Origin: Cyanophora paradoxa CCMP329
Lineage: Eukaryota > Plantae > Glaucophyta
Assembly (NCBI GenBank): GCA_004431415.1
Contig: QPMI01000612.1
Location: 1-64,000, forward strand
DNA length: 64,000 nt
Reading direction: 5' to 3'
Under the pieces are notes generated by a model, which was given only the letters and a program-made list of their open reading frames with translations, was not told the DNA's origin and ran no database searches. Positions 34,221 through 51,527 of the stretch are shown piece by piece. The translations under genes were made by a program, and so were the position numbers. Position 1 is the stretch's first letter; each line of letters opens with the position of its first letter.

Positions 34221-37200
34221 ATGGCCGACAACGCGACTGCTGATGTGGGCGCGAATGAGGTCCGCGCACACGCGCATGTCGCTCGCGCTCCGGGCCACGC
34301 GCTGCTCACCGTGTCCACCCGATCGCGTAGGTGAAGACCGGCGATGGAGATGTCAAACCGACCGATGCGGGCAAGACTGAGGAGACAGCAAAGGATGCAG
34401 GCAAAGACATAGACGACTCGCAGATCTCGCTCAGGCCTACGAAGGTCCCAGCGGGCTCATGGGTGCGCGGCCCTGTGCCACGGCGACAATCTCCGTGCCG
34501 CGAGAGAATCTAATCGTGATGCGAACCCGGCAGCGGAGTCGCACTCAAATGGCCAAGGCGGAGGACGAGGGTTCATCCTCGGGCGGGAAGGCGAAGGGAG
34601 GCCCGAAGATCATATACCAGAAAGATGAGCTCTACGCCTTCAAGGACGTGCGCTCATCCTGTATGACTTTAGTCACATTGCCGCCGTTCTCAGCGCCGCT
34701 CCCGCAGAAATGCACGGAGAAGCCGGAGGAGGACATTGATGAGCTCATGCGGGCGCAGTCGAAGAGCGCAGCGCAGCGCAACGTGTAAGCATCCTTGTCG
34801 GACGAGCGAAATGCGTCGTGTTGCGCTCATTCGGCGAGATCGCAGCCGCCGCGCGACCGACGATGCTGAGATCAGCCTGCGCCCCGGAGGCACGACCACA
34901 TTTGGCTTCGCCACCAAGGGTCCCCCGCGTCTCCGCGAGAAGCCTGGCGAGCCCGGCGCCCCGGGACGCGGCCCCGCAGATCGCAACAAGACGCCGGTGC
35001 GCCGCGCCAGCTCCGCGCTCCGCCGGCGAGCCGTGACGCGGGGCGGCGGGGCAGACGGCGGATGTGGACTTCAACTGGCGCGAGGGCGCGCGGCCGATTG
35101 ACAAGAGCCTACTGTCGGGCGTCGGGGACGACTTTGAGGCGCTGAAGACGAGCGAGAACGCTTGGCGCATCATACAGCCCACGAGCGAGGAGGAGAAGGT
35201 CATCAAGAAGATCAAGGGGTCCGCCCGCATCGCAGCGCCCCTCGCCTTCCTTCCTTTCTTTTCTGACCGGCCTCGCAGTATCCTGAACAAGCTGACGCCG
35301 GAGAAGTTCGACACGCTCACGGGCCAGGTGCCGGGGGGCGCGCTGCGCTGGGGCTCGCGCGGGGGCCGAGCGGTGGGCGGCAGATCCTGAACGCGGGCAT
35401 CGAATCGTTCGCGACGCTCAAGAAGGTCATCGACCTCGTGTTCGACAAGGCCGTCGGCGAGCCGGCCTTCTGCAAGGCCCGCCCCGCGCCCCGCCCCGCC
35501 CCTCCTTCCTTCCTTCCTTCCTTCCTTCCTAACGCCTCCCCCGCAGGTGTACGCGGAGCTCTGCGCGAAGCTCGCCAAGGAGCTCCCCGAGTTCAAGCCC
35601 TCGCCCGAGGAGCAGGCCGTCGTGCGCCGCGCCCCGCCGCGCCCCCGCCCCCTCGCCTCACCCCGCCGTCCCCTCTTCCCACAGTCCTTCAAGCGTATCC
35701 TCCTCAACAAGTGCCAGGAGGAGTTCGAGCTGCACAAGGAGGTCAGCAGCGCTTCGCGCCGCCCGCTCGCCCGTCGTCCGCCCCGCGGCGCCGCTCACGC
35801 CGGCGCAGGCCGAGACTAAGATCGAGAAGCTCAAGGACCTCTCGAAGGAGGACCGCGAGGTGGAGGAGCGCAAGATCCGCATGCGCATGCTCGGCAGTGC
35901 GCCCCGCCGCCGCCCGCCGGCGCCGCCGGGGCCGACGCGGGCGGGTGCGCGCAGACATCCGGCTGATCGGAGAGCTGTTCAAGCAGCGGATGCTGACGGA
36001 GAAGATCATGCACGACTGCGTGATGATGCTGCTGGGCCCCAAGAAGGAGGAGATCCACGAGGACAACCTGGAGGCCCTCTGCAGGCTGATGGAGACGGTG
36101 GGGCAGCAGATGGACCACGAGAAGGCGCGGCCGTACATCGACAAGTACTTCGCCCGCGTCAAGGAGTTCTCCACCGACCAGCAGTTCAGCTCGCGGATAC
36201 GCTTCATGCTGATGGACCTCCTCGACCTGCGCTTCAAGTTCAAGTGGGTGCCCCGCCGCAAGAAGGAGACGCAGAAGACCATCGAGGAGATCCACGCGGA
36301 GGCGAACCTCGAGCGCGCCCTCGCCGGCGAGGCCCCCGCCCGCGTCGTCCCGGGCGCGCGCCCCGGCCCCGGGCCCTCCGGCCTCGGCCGCCCCGGCTCC
36401 GCCTCCGACCTCGCCGCATGGCCGGCGCCTGTGCGTCCCGCCCGCCCCGCCCCGCCTTGGCCGCGGCCCTCACCCGCGCTCCGCAGCCGCCGGCCTCGTC
36501 GCCGGCCGCGGCGCCCCGGGCGCCCCGGGACGCCGAGCGGGGCGAGCCCCGTGGCGGGGGGCGCGGCGTGGTGCCGGGGCGCGGGCGTCGCCGCCGGCGG
36601 GGCCGCCGGCGAAGCCGGCGTGGGCGGGGCGGGCCTCCCCGGCTCCCCCAAGGGCTCCATCACGGACGCCGTGCGGCACCTCCAGGTCGCCGGCTCGCAG
36701 GGCGGCCGCGGGCCTCCCCCTCCAACGCCGCCGCCGCCGCGGCGGAGCGGCCGAGCCCGCCGGCGGCGGCGGGGCGGGCGGGGAGAAGAAGAAGCTGGGG
36801 GAGGCGGAGGTGCGGGCCAAGGCGAAGAGCTACGCGAACGAGTACTTCGCCTCGGGCGTCGTCCTCGACTCGGCGCTGGACATCAAGGACCTGGGCGCCC
36901 CCGCCGAGCTCCGCGGCACCCTCGTCCTCGACCTCCTCCTCGCCTCCTTCGAGAAGCACGACAAGGCGCGCCCCGCCCCCGCCCCCGCCCGCGCCGCCCC
37001 CGGCCCCTCGCCTCGCCCCCGCGGCGGCTGACGCGGGGCGGGGGCGCAGGAGCGGGAGATGACGGCGACGCTGCTCGCCGAGTGCGCCAAGCAGAAGGCC
37101 TTGGACGAGGGCGACTTCCTCAAGGGGTGCGAGGCCCCCCGCCCCGCCCCCGCGCGCGCACCGGGCGGCGGATGCGACGGGGGCCGGCAGGCTGAACGAG

Positions 37201-37401
37201 GTGGCGCAAATGCTGCCGGACCTGGCGGAGGACGTGGCCCCCAAGTGCTACGACTGGTTCGGCGAGTTCCTCTCCCGCCTCGTCGACAAGGGCGCCCTCA
37301 CGCGCGCCTGCGCCGCCCTCTTTTGCGACAAGCTCGCCAAGACCGACGACGACAAGCTCGCCAAGCTCCTCGCCAAGATCGCCCCCTCCCTCAAGCAGTA
37401 G
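34221..37401 (+). CDS. eIF4G: Eukaryotic translation initiation factor 4G (MIF4G plus MA3-like domain)
   Basis: eIF4E-binding YQKDELY (YxxxxL-phi), ILNKLTPEKF, FDKAVGEP, LLNKCQEEFE, IRLIGELFK, SSRIRFML. Confidence 0.92.
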
Positions 37402-39270
37402 GCGCACCGGGCATCGTCCCCCGGCCCCGGCCGGCCCCCTCCTCGCCTCGGCTTCGCCCCCCTTCCGCAGGCTCCCCTAGGCCCCCGCCCCCTCGCCCGC
37501 CTCCCGCACTCGGCCGGTGCGGCTTTTTGACGCCAGGGACCCCGAATCGTTTGAATGGATACTATCATAGCATGAGAGCTCCCTAGGCCTGCCCGCTCGC
37601 TCTGCCCTTGCCGGGGGGGGGGGGGGGGGGGGGGGGGCGTTTGAGGAGCTCGCACAGAGATGGGCAGCTATCACCTCCCGCGACCAAGGGGCTGAACGGG
37701 GTTGGACTTCGATTCCATAACATTTCCTTTCCCCTCGCGTAGCATTTCTTCGATTCCACTTGCGATCGGGGCCCTCGTGGCGGGATCGGCCGGATGCGCA
37801 TGCAAGCCTTAAGATCGGGCAAGGGCCGCTCCTTCGGCCGGTAGATCTTGATCTAGAGATCTAGATCTAGAGTAGATCAATTTCAATAGATTTCGATGTT
37901 TTTTCTTCGATTTCGATTTGCCTCCGCAGTTGAGCCCGGGCGTGAATTGGCGCGATCTGCTGTTGCCAGTTACCGGTAAAAGCGAAATGACTGTCATCGC
38001 GTGTCGTTTGAAATGCTCAGAGGTCTAGCTGCGTACTACATCATTCTACCTGTGCAGCTAGAGCTGCGGGATGGGCTCGGCCGCGGCCGGCGCCGTTCAC
38101 CCTCCCCAGAGTGCACGCAGGACTACGCCGCATTTCACCGCTCCTGTCCCGAAGGCGCAGCGAAGAGCGCAGGGAAAACTGCGGCGCGGATCACGGTCAG
38201 AAGGCTCGTAGAGGCGGCAGGGACGCGCGGCGGGGCGGGATCTAGGGGCAGCCTTGAAGCTCAGGAGCGAAGAGTTATCCTCAAGGTTGTGCAGATTGCA
38301 AAGAACTTATACTCGGCATCACAGCGGCGTGGCGTGCAGCTGGGCTGGGGGCTGACTGGCGAGACACGCACCGGTCGAACGTGGCAACTCCAAATCCCGC
38401 GATCGACCAGCCGGGCCTGCCAGTTGGAAGCACGAGTGAGATATTGATCGAGCATGCGTGGGCAACGGGAGGGAATCATAGTTGGCTCGGTGAAGTTTGA
38501 GGTCAGTCTAAGCATCATCGTGGTCAAGACTAGGTTTTTATCGTCATCGCCAAAGACTTGACGCGAGGCGAAGAGGGAGAGCAAACGCACCGATGCTGCC
38601 GTCGCCTGCATCGCACCGATATCGGGAAGGATAACGACGCGCGCGCGAGGTCAGGTCACGCGTCAAGGGGGCCTTTCCGTGCTCGGCCGACCGAAGCCGC
38701 TCCGGCGGTGGATGGCGGGCTGGGCACCCCTCGTGGTCCAATCCCACGAACTGGAGCCCCAAAGTTGAGATCCGTCGAGCTCGTAGGCGTTCTGTCTGCA
38801 GCCCTGTATGTTTCTCGAAGTGCAAACGCACCGATGCTGCACAATTTGGCGATCCCGAGCGCGCGCACACAGACATGCGCGATCGCGATCATCAATCTGC
38901 GAGAGCACGAGGGCGAGTCAGCGCTCGGCGAGAATGCGAGCTGGTCGGCGAAAGTACCAGGCTTTGAGAGCTGCGCGGACGTGGACGATTTGGGACGAGG
39001 CTCGGCGCGATCACATCGCGTTCGAAGCCTTCGACGCGCGAGCGAGCGGAGATGAATCGCGTCGGGTCAAGTTTGCAACACAAAAGCTTGTCTGTACCCC
39101 AGCCACCTCGCCTTCAATTTCTGACTTCGAATCGGCATACGCAGTGTTACGCACTAGCCGGCGAGTCCCAGGCTCCAAGCAGGCCTCCGGGCGCCCCGAA
39201 TCGCCTGTGCATGTGCTGTGGAATTGTTGAACATGCGGCGCTATAGCTAGCTGTCCTAAAGCTATACTAG

Positions 39271-42200
39271 TTAAGAGCTAGAGCTGGGGGTGCCTGCGGC
39301 CTCGCGCTGCTCGGCCTCGTCGCTGGCGATAGCGCTGCCCCGGGGTCCCTCGAGCTCTGTCTCGGCGGCCGCGGCCTCTCCCGCTCCGAGCTCCGCGTCG
39401 GGGTCCGCCGCCTCCTCCGGATCTGCCGCGGGGAGGGCGGCAGCCCCCGCCCTCGCCCAGGGGCCCGCCTCCCCCTCGACGCCCGCCCCATCCCGTGGAT
39501 CCGCCGACGCATGCAGGCCCCGAGGGCTGGCCTCCACGTCCTCCTCGTCCTCCGCTGGAGCCGCCCCCTCCGAGGCCGGCGCCGAGCCGCCCTGCGCCTC
39601 AACCGCCGCCTCTGCCGTCGTTGCCGACGCCCCGCGCCGCGCCGGCAGCAGCCGCCCGAGGCGGGAGCGCAGCGCGCCAAAGAAGCCGCTCTTGGCATGC
39701 GCTGCCGGCTCCGCCTCCGCCGCCGGCTCCGCCTCCATCGCTGGCGCCGCCGCCTCCTCCTCCCCGGCGTCGGCGGCGTCGGCGGCCTCGCGATCGGCGG
39801 GCCCCGCGGTGGCGGCGCGGCGACCCTCCGCCGCCGCCTCCAGCAGCGCCCGGCCCCGACGGGCCCCGCCTCCGCCCCTGCGCCCCGCAGGTGTAAGCCG
39901 CGAGACGCCGCGGTGCGGGAGGGCCCGAGGGCGCGCCGGCCGCTTCGAAGGCGAACTTCTCGGTGAGCCAGCCGCCCTTGGCGGCGGCGGCGGCCTCGGC
40001 GCGCTCGGCCTCGCGCGCCTTCTCCTCGGCGAGGCGCTGCAGGCGGCGGGCGAAGGCGCGCTTGGAGCGGCGGCGGCTCCAGGCGCAGAACCAGCCGGCG
40101 AGCACGAGCGCTACGAAGAGCGCCGAGGCGATGCCCAGCACGAGCGCCGCCGGGCTCGCCGTGAAGGAGGGCGGCGGAGGCACCTCCGGCAGGATGTGGC
40201 ACGCGTACGGCGCCGCTGCGGGAGCGTCGGCACGCGGAAGCGGCGGGGCGGGTGCGACGGACTGGCGGGGGGCCCGTCCGGCCGCGGCTCGGCGGTGCAG
40301 TTGGTGCAGAAGCTGCCGAAGGGGCCCGTCAGATCCCAGGCGCCGGGGCAGAGAAGGGCGGAAAGAGAGCTCGCGGCACCGGAAGAGGAGGGAGCGGGTG
40401 CGGGAGGGGTGCTGCGCCGCCCGCGCCGTCCCCGCGAAGTACGCGTACGGCTGCACAGGGTCCAGCAGGCCTGCCCCGCCCCCGCGCCATCAGCCCCCGG
40501 GCGCCCTCAGGGCCGAGTCGAGCGCTCCAGTGAGGGGGCGGGGGGTCGCACTGGCGCGGAAGGTGCCGGACTGGGTGCGGTCGGCCCAGGCGCAGAAGGC
40601 GTCCCCCGAGGTGACGTTCATGTTCGTGTAGTCGACCTGCGGGGCGCGCGTCGGGCCGCCGGCGCCAGCGGGGCGGGGCCTGCTCGCGGGGGAGGGCGCG
40701 GGCCTGGAGGATGGACTCGAAGACGGGGACGTAGAGGGCGCGCCGGTGGTAGTCCAGCAGGCTGCCGCCCCCGCAGCGGCAGCGCCCCAGGGCCCCCGCC
40801 CGTGAGCGCGCGCACGGGGACCGGGCGGGCGCCAGCACGAGGCCTGCTGACCTGGAGTTGGCGTAGGACCAGAAGGGGGCGCGCGGCATGACGTCGATGA
40901 GCACGGCGTTGTTGAGGTCCACCTTGCCCACCCGCCCCTCCCCAACAAAGAGCCTGCCCGCAGGTGGGCGACTGGAGCGCGGGGCCAGCGGGCCGGCGGG
41001 GCCCGAGCGGGGCGGACCCGTATTTCTCCTGGGGGACGGGGACGATGGCCGCGGGGCCCTCGAGGCCGCCGGTGAAGTTGAGCGAGGCGGCCGCCCCGCG
41101 CGACGTCAGGTTCGCGCTCCGCAGCGTCGGCACCGCCACCTGCACCGCGTCAACGCCCAGCCTGGCAGGGGTCGGGAGGCCGGGGATGAATAAGGCGGGG
41201 GATAATTGTAAGCGGAGCGCCTTCAGGAGGCCCGTCGGGATTCCGATCGCAGCGTAGTCGCCGGAGACCTGCAGAGGGGTACACGAGGGGACTGAGCCGA
41301 GGGCGGGCGGGCGGGCGGGAGCGTGTGCCTCGTCCACTCCGAAGACGGCGCTCACTGCAGCGCCGTACCCGCATGGTCACGCGAGAGGGGCGGGACGGGC
41401 CAAGGGCGGGCGCGGGGCGGGGCGCACGCATGCGGCCCCAGAGGGAGACGGGCACGGCGACCGAGGTGTTGCGGGCGAGGCCGCCGCGGGCGAGGCCCAC
41501 GCGCGAGATGTACGAGACCCTGCGGCCACGCGCTCAGCGAGGGAGGGCCGGGGGACGGGGCCGGGCGGGGCGGGGCGGGTGCGCGCTCGTCCCCCCGGGA
41601 GGCGACGAGGAGCGCGTCGCCGGCCCGCGAGGCCGCGAGCGCCAGCACCTGTACCCCGGGCTCAAAGCCCCGAACAGAGAAGGGAAGGGGGGAGGGGCGG
41701 GCGGGCCTCTTGGGGCTCGGGGCGGAGGGCGAGGAAGCCGGCGGGGCGGAAGGCGCGCAGGTCGAAGCGGATGACCGAGAGGGGCGACGAGGCCGCGATG
41801 TACGCCATCTGGCCCCCCGAGCCAGCGATCCAGTGAGCCGAGCCAGGGGGAGGACGCTGAATTGGCACTCCAGCGCATGCGCGCGCGCGCGAGGCACCTG
41901 CGTGGTCTCGTTCACCAGGACCGCCCGCGCCCCGCACCCCTGCACGTCCGCCTTCCTCTGCCGACCCGGCGGCTCGGCGCGCGGGCGGCGGCGGCGCGGG
42001 AGGGCCGGCGGGGCGCGCCTCGACGGTCATGTTGCCCTTGGGCGGCGCCGCAACGACGTAGAGCCGCAGCGGGCAGCCGTACTGCGGGGCCGTCAAAGCG
42101 TCACGGGCAGCAACGCATCGGCGATGGATCGCTGGAGGCAGGATGCGCGGGCGCGGGCGCGAGGCGCCCAGCGCGGCCGCGCACGGAGACGACAAGCAGC

Positions 42201-42300
42201 TTGTTTCCCCACCAGGCCTCCGCGTGCAGATGTAAGCACGCGGTCCGGCGTACGCGTTGCGTGCGAGGCGGCGCACCAACGCTCCCGCCGAGAAGCGCTC
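39271..42300 (-). CDS. Unknown single-pass membrane protein with acidic Ala/Glu-rich tail; 5' end uncertain
   Basis: Coding-like exons between GC-rich introns, a TM segment ALVLGIASALFVALVLAGWFCAW followed by RRR, and stop at 39271. Confidence 0.45.
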
Positions 42301-42891
42301 TTCATCCTCCCCAAGCGTGATGACTTCCTGCAAGCTCAGAACGCTGCACGTACGCTCAAGAGCGACCGATGAAGCAAAAAAGCGCGTCGCTTGGGCGCAC
42401 CTCGCGGCTGGGCGCACGAGAGCGGCGACGGCTGGGGAGAGGCAGTTAGTCCCGCGGGCGCACGTCCAAGTTTGGATCACGCTCTCGCTTACCCACGAGC
42501 ACCAGGAGCGCGTGCGTACAGCGGCGGAATCGCATCGAGGACTCGCTTTCGCTTGCGTATGCGTACCCCTCAATCTTGCTTGAGTAGTTGGCTGCAGGGC
42601 GACGAGTTTGTGGTTTAGGCGACGGGCCGTGCATTCCAACACCGAAGAGAGCTGCGGAGCGTGCGGAGTCGGACACGCTCGAATACTTCTGGAGCGCTCG
42701 GTCGTCGGCAGCGGCGACGGAGCGCTGTCGCTAAGTTGAGGAGCACCTCCTATAGCCCGCCATGGGCCAGTGCGCGTCGCACGAGACGTACGCGGAGTGG
42801 GACGGGGAGAAGGTCGATGCGATCGGTGCGTTTTCCGGACGTCTCCGTCTTGCGCTTGGCTTCAGGAAGCTTTGTTGGAAGCTCTGACATC

Positions 42892-45782
42892 ATGTCCGCA
42901 GCGAGCATCACATACTTCGGGTGCCTCATTGCAGCGGGGGCGGCCGCCGCCTTCGCAACCCTGCTTTCGCTATTCCTTGTGCGTCGTGCTCAGTCCTCTT
43001 GAAGCGCCCCCCCGCGGCTGACACGGCAATTTCGAACATGCACGGCTCTTCCGACCCTAGATCTACAAGCACCTGACCTACTACTCCAGTCCTTACCATC
43101 AGCGCTACATCATACGCGTCTTACTCATGTGTCCTTTCTACGCCATCGGTCCGCCCCGCGAAGTTGAATTGGTCTTCGGCTTCCCGCCCCTCGTGCTGAA
43201 TGCTCGGCAGACTCGTGGCTTAGCTTCCGCTGGCCGAAGTATGCCGTGTACTTTGACGTCGTGCGTGACTGCTACGAGGTGCGTGGGTGCCACGTGACTG
43301 CTGCGCCGGGTCACGACTGAGCCGCGTCATGCGCGTCGCCTGCAGGCCTTCGTCATCTACAACTTCTTCCTGGTGCGAGGGCCCTCCAAGCGCAAGCCGT
43401 CTGCTCTGCTTAGCTAAGCGGGGCTGCGCCCGTGCAGCTCCTTTTGAACTCCCTCGGCGGCATGGCGGTTGCTCAAAAGGTTTGCAGCGCTCTCTAAGTT
43501 CGCGAAAAAGCTCGCCGGCAACGCCCGACAGGTTCTGATGGGCAAGCGGATCGTGTTGCCGTTCCCGTTCAACTGCATCAAGTTTACGGCTACGGGCACC
43601 GGGTGCGCCCCGCTCTGCCGTCAAGCACAACCCGCCTGAATTGTCGCATCGGCACGCAGCAAGTTCTTGACGCAATGCAAGAACGGAATGCTGCAGGTTC
43701 GCTGCCTCTTTTCTTTCTGCTCCTTTTCTTCTGCCCTGACCACGAGCTTTCAGTACGTCGTCATTCGCCCAGTGTACGCAGCCCCCGCCGGCCCGCGCGC
43801 CGCCAGTACCCTGACTGAATCGCGCCCTTCTCACTCTTAGCACGACGCTGGTCGCTGTGCGCCTCGCTGCGCCCCGCCCTGTCGCCCGCGCCGCGACCTT
43901 CCGCCTGACCGGCGGCCGCTGCCGCGGCGCGCAGTGCTTCTCGAACGCGGCGAACGTGTACTGCCCCACGAGCCTCGCGCCTGTGCACGTCATGTTCTAC
44001 ACCTCGGGCACCAACTTCATCTCCGTCTCCGTGCGCGGCATCCGATGCCCCCCGCCGGGCGACCGCGCCCGTCGACCTGACGGCGCCGGCGCGGGGCGCG
44101 CGGCAGGTGGCGATGTACGCCCTCATCGCCTTCTACTACGCGGTGCAGAAGGACCTCTCGCCCGTGAAGCCCCTCCCCAAGTTCCTCTCCATCAAATTCG
44201 TCATCTTCTTCTCCTTCTGGTACCCCCCGCGCTTCGCCCTGCTTCGCCCCTCCCGCCCACAGCCCCGGCGCGGCAGGCAGGGGTGCGTGATCTCGGGGCT
44301 GATGAAGGTGAACCTGCTGCGGGGGACGGTCTCGTGGACGGCGGACGACATCGGGGTGAGCGTCCAGAGCTTCCTCATCTGCGTCGAGATGCTCGCCGTC
44401 GCCGTCCTCCATGTCGTCCGCCCCGCCCCCGCCCCGCCCCCGCCCCGCCCCAAGCCGCCTGCCGCCGACGCCGCTCCGCCCCGCCCCGCCCGCCCCGCCC
44501 CGCCCGGCAGTACGCTTTCGACTACGAGGAGTACAAGCCCGCCGGCGGCCGCAAGTCCAAGTGCGACGCGCCGGCGCGGCGCGGGGTGCCGGGGGCCGAC
44601 CCTCCCCCGCCCGCCCCCGCAGGATCTGGAAGTCGATCAAGCACGTGTGCAGCCTGAAGGACCTGCTGGTCGACCTCCGCGTGCCCATCCACAAGTTCAA
44701 GTCCCCCGAGCAGGTCGGCCCCCCTGCCCGCCCCGCCCCGCCCTTTCTCCCCTCCTCGCACCCCTGCTTGTTTTCCCCCCTGTCCGCTTCATCTGGCCGG
44801 CGCCTAGGCCGCGGCGCGCCGCTCCTCCCCCCTCTTGACGTCGCGCGTCGTCGCCTCTGCGGCGCGAGAGGGCCGACGCCAGGCGCGCGCAGATCGAGGC
44901 GGAGCGGCAGGAGCAGATCCGCAAGGCGCGCGAGCGCGTCTCCATGCAGATGCACCTCGTTGACTCGGCGGGCACCATGAAGGCCCGCCCCGCCCCTTGC
45001 CGCCCCCCGCCGCGAGCCTCGAGCGGGGCGGGCGGCCGGCAGGTGGTGCACAGCGACGGGCACGAGGAGGTGGAGGGCGGGCGCGGCGGGGCGGGGGCCC
45101 CCGAGCCGAGCCCCGCGAGCGGGGGCGACCCGACGCCCAAGGGCGACGGGGAGGAGGTCATCCCCTCCTACTTCGACGTCTCGGTGCGCGCGCACGAGCC
45201 CGGCCCGCCTCCCCCGGGCCCCTGCCGACGGGCTGCGGGGCAGGCGTACCGCTCGATCCAGGCGCACGAGCTCTCGGACGGCCTCGACGCGATGCGCTCG
45301 GGCGGCCGCAAGCGCCCCCCGCGGCAGCGGCGCGGCGAGGAGGAGGACCCGAGGCGCCGCGCGCCGGCGGCAGCGCCGGCGGCAGCGGTGGCGAGAGCGG
45401 CGCGAGCGGGGACGAGGCGGAGGGGCACGAGGAGCACCGGCGCGCGTCGGTGGAGGCGCCCGGCGGCGGCGGGCGCGCGGCGGGGCAGCAGCAGGCGCCG
45501 CACGTGCCGAGGCGGCGCGGCTCGTCGCCGACGCACGAGCACCAGCACCACCACCACGCGCACCGCTCGCACCACCGGCCCGCGGCCTCCTCCTCCTCTG
45601 AGTCCCTCCCGGGGCAGTACAACCCCTTCGCGGAGCCGCCGGAGAACCCATTCGCTGCCCCGGAGCCCGCGCGCGCCAACGGCGGCGGCGGCGCGGCTGG
45701 CGGCGCGGCGGCCCCGGGCTCCAAGCCGAAGCAGGCGGCCAGCAACCCCTTCCTCGGCGACATGGACGACGTCCTCATATGA
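42892..45782 (+). CDS. TMEM184: TMEM184 / OST-alpha family (DUF300) membrane protein
   Basis: IYKHL..QRYIIRVLLM, VRDCYEAFVIYNF, LPKFLSIKFVIFFSFWQ, QSFLICVEM. Confidence 0.9.
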
Positions 45783-46137
45783 GCCGCCGGTCTCCCCCCT
45801 GCCGCCGCCCGGCCCATCCACCCCGTGATCCCCGCTTTCTTCCCAGAAATCCCGGCACGGATCCGCATTCCCCCTCCCCTCCGTAGCAGCTCCTCTACAT
45901 TTTTATTGTTATTTAAGACACGAAACACTCCGCCATTTAGGTTTTTTTTGAGGCGTGTGGGTGGGCAAGCACGTTCAGGCTGCCCCGATCGCTTGTCCGA
46001 GAGCGCTGTTTCGAATCTAAAAAAATGAAATCGTACATCGGATACACATAAGACAAAGGAAAAAATCAGGTACGGGGAGCTCAGAGATTCCGAGATGCGT
46101 GCGCGCGGGGGGAGAGCAGCGGGGCCGGAGCTCCTGA

Positions 46138-49479
<3,342 letters not shown>

Positions 49480-49789
49480 GGCCACGCCTGCAGAAGCTCC
49501 CCAGCTTGACGCAGCTGGCTATACCGGAGCTGGCCACTCTAGCTTGACCGCTGCGTAGCTCGGACGAGCCACGCAGGCAAGGCCGACACCAGCGGAGTCG
49601 GCGCGGACAGGTCAAGCCAAATAGCTGTGGGATGGGGCACAAGGAAATCCACCAAAGCGCCGTGTGCCCGTCCGCTGTGGGGCCCTGCTATCGTGGCTCT
49701 CGGTCCTACCCCCAACGTGGCTCTCGGTCCTACCCCCCTTATTTTGCGAAAACCGCGTGCTCAGTTGCGTGCCGAGAAGTCGTTCTGTG

Positions 49790-51331
49790 ATGCTGCGGCT
49801 GGCACGGAACGCGGTGCGTCGGTTTATCCGTCCGCCAAACCCGCTGACGCCGAAATCTAGGCGGCCGGCGGCCTGGCGCGTCAGCTGACATGCTTACGCG
49901 CGTACGCGTCGATACACACGAACGGCAACGCAATGACCGATGCTACGGCCGCGCTGGCGGACGCGCTGGTCGATGGCGACCGCGCAGCGCTGAGCCGTGC
50001 CGTCACGCTCGGTCCGCTTAGCCTCCGCCGCACGCGATGCCGCTCCCCTTCGCTGTCCTGATTCTGCATTGGACGCGGTGTCGCAGTGGAGTCGCTGCGC
50101 CGGGACCACCAAGTGCAGGCGAGCCACCTCTTGAACAGAGCGCTCGCGCTGAGGGCGGCTCGGAGAGCGCCGAGCGACCCGCCGACCTTCCGCATGTGTA
50201 TTTCCGGGCCGCCTGGGGTCGGCAAGAGCACGTTCATCGAGGTGCGGCTCGCGGGGCCCGCGCAGCCCGGCGTTGCGACGCGCCCGACGCGGGCTGGACG
50301 GGGTGGGGCAGGCGTTCGGGCGGCACATCGTGGAGCAAGGGCACAGGCTGGCTGTGCTCGCGATCGACCCCAGCTCCTCCCGGACCGGCGGCTCCATCCT
50401 GGGAGACAAAACGCGCGCCGCCCGCTGCCGCCCCCCTCCCGGCCCGCCGCCTCGCTGAGCGGGACGGGGGCAGGCGGATGGCGGAGCTGTCGAGGGACGC
50501 GCGGGCTTTCGTGCGGCCGTCGCCGACGGGGGGGACGCTCGGGGGCGTCGCGCGGCGCACGGACGAGGCGGTGGCGCTGGTGGAGTGCGCGGGGTACGAC
50601 GTGGTGCTGGTGGAGACGGTGGGGGTCGGCCAGAGCGAGGTCTCCGCCGTCGACATGGTGGACTTCTTCGCGCTGCTCGTGTCCCCGGGGGGCGGGGACG
50701 AGCTGCAGGGGATCAAGAAGGGCGTCGTCGAGGTCGCCGACCTCGTCCTCGTCAACAAGGCCGACGGGCCCATGCTCGAGGTCGCCCGCCAGACCAAGGC
50801 CCGCCGCACCCCCGCCCCCGCCCCCGCCCCACATCCCCGCACCCCCACGCCCGCGCCGACGCCGGCGGCAGAACGAGTACGCGAGCGCGCTGCGGCTGCT
50901 GCAGCCGAAGAGCGAGCACTGGCGGCCGAAGGTAATGACGATGTCGGCGGCGGCCGGCGCCGGGGTGCCGGAGGTCTGGGGCGAGGCGCGCGCCTTTTGG
51001 CACGCCATGCGCGACGCCGGCGAGCTCGACCGCCTGCGCGCCCAGCAGGTCCCCTCCCCCGCCTGCCCTCCCACACGAGTGCCCCATGGGCGCCCCCGTG
51101 CCCCGGCACTCACGCTCGCCCCCCCGCGCGCAGCGGCGGCGGGCGATGTGGCGGCTGATCGCGGACGAGCTCATCGCGCGGCTGCACGAGCACGAGGGCG
51201 CCAACGCGGTGGCCCGCGAGCTCGAGCCCCGCGTGCAGGCCGCCGCCGCCGCCCCCCGCTGGGCCGCCGCCGCCGCCGTCGACGCCTTCCTGGGCGGCCA
51301 CGCCCCCTTGGCGCCGCCCCCCTCCTGCTGA
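49790..51331 (+). CDS. MMAA: MMAA/MeaB GTPase chaperone of methylmalonyl-CoA mutase, with a probable mitochondrial presequence
   Basis: [62 protein letters not shown]. Confidence 0.92.
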
Positions 51332-51527
51332 CCCCGCCGCTCCTCCGCTAGCAGCTGGTCAGAAGGCCCTTTGCCTAGCTGAGGCGGGGTTCGGGAGCCG
51401 GGAGTCTGTGCCCCGGCAGAAACGACCGGTGCAGGGGCCCGGGCCCGGGGCCCCGCGCTGTTGATCGCGACGCCCTACGCCTGTGAAACCTCTAACACTG
51501 GAATGAAATCCTGCGCGTGTGCTGGCG

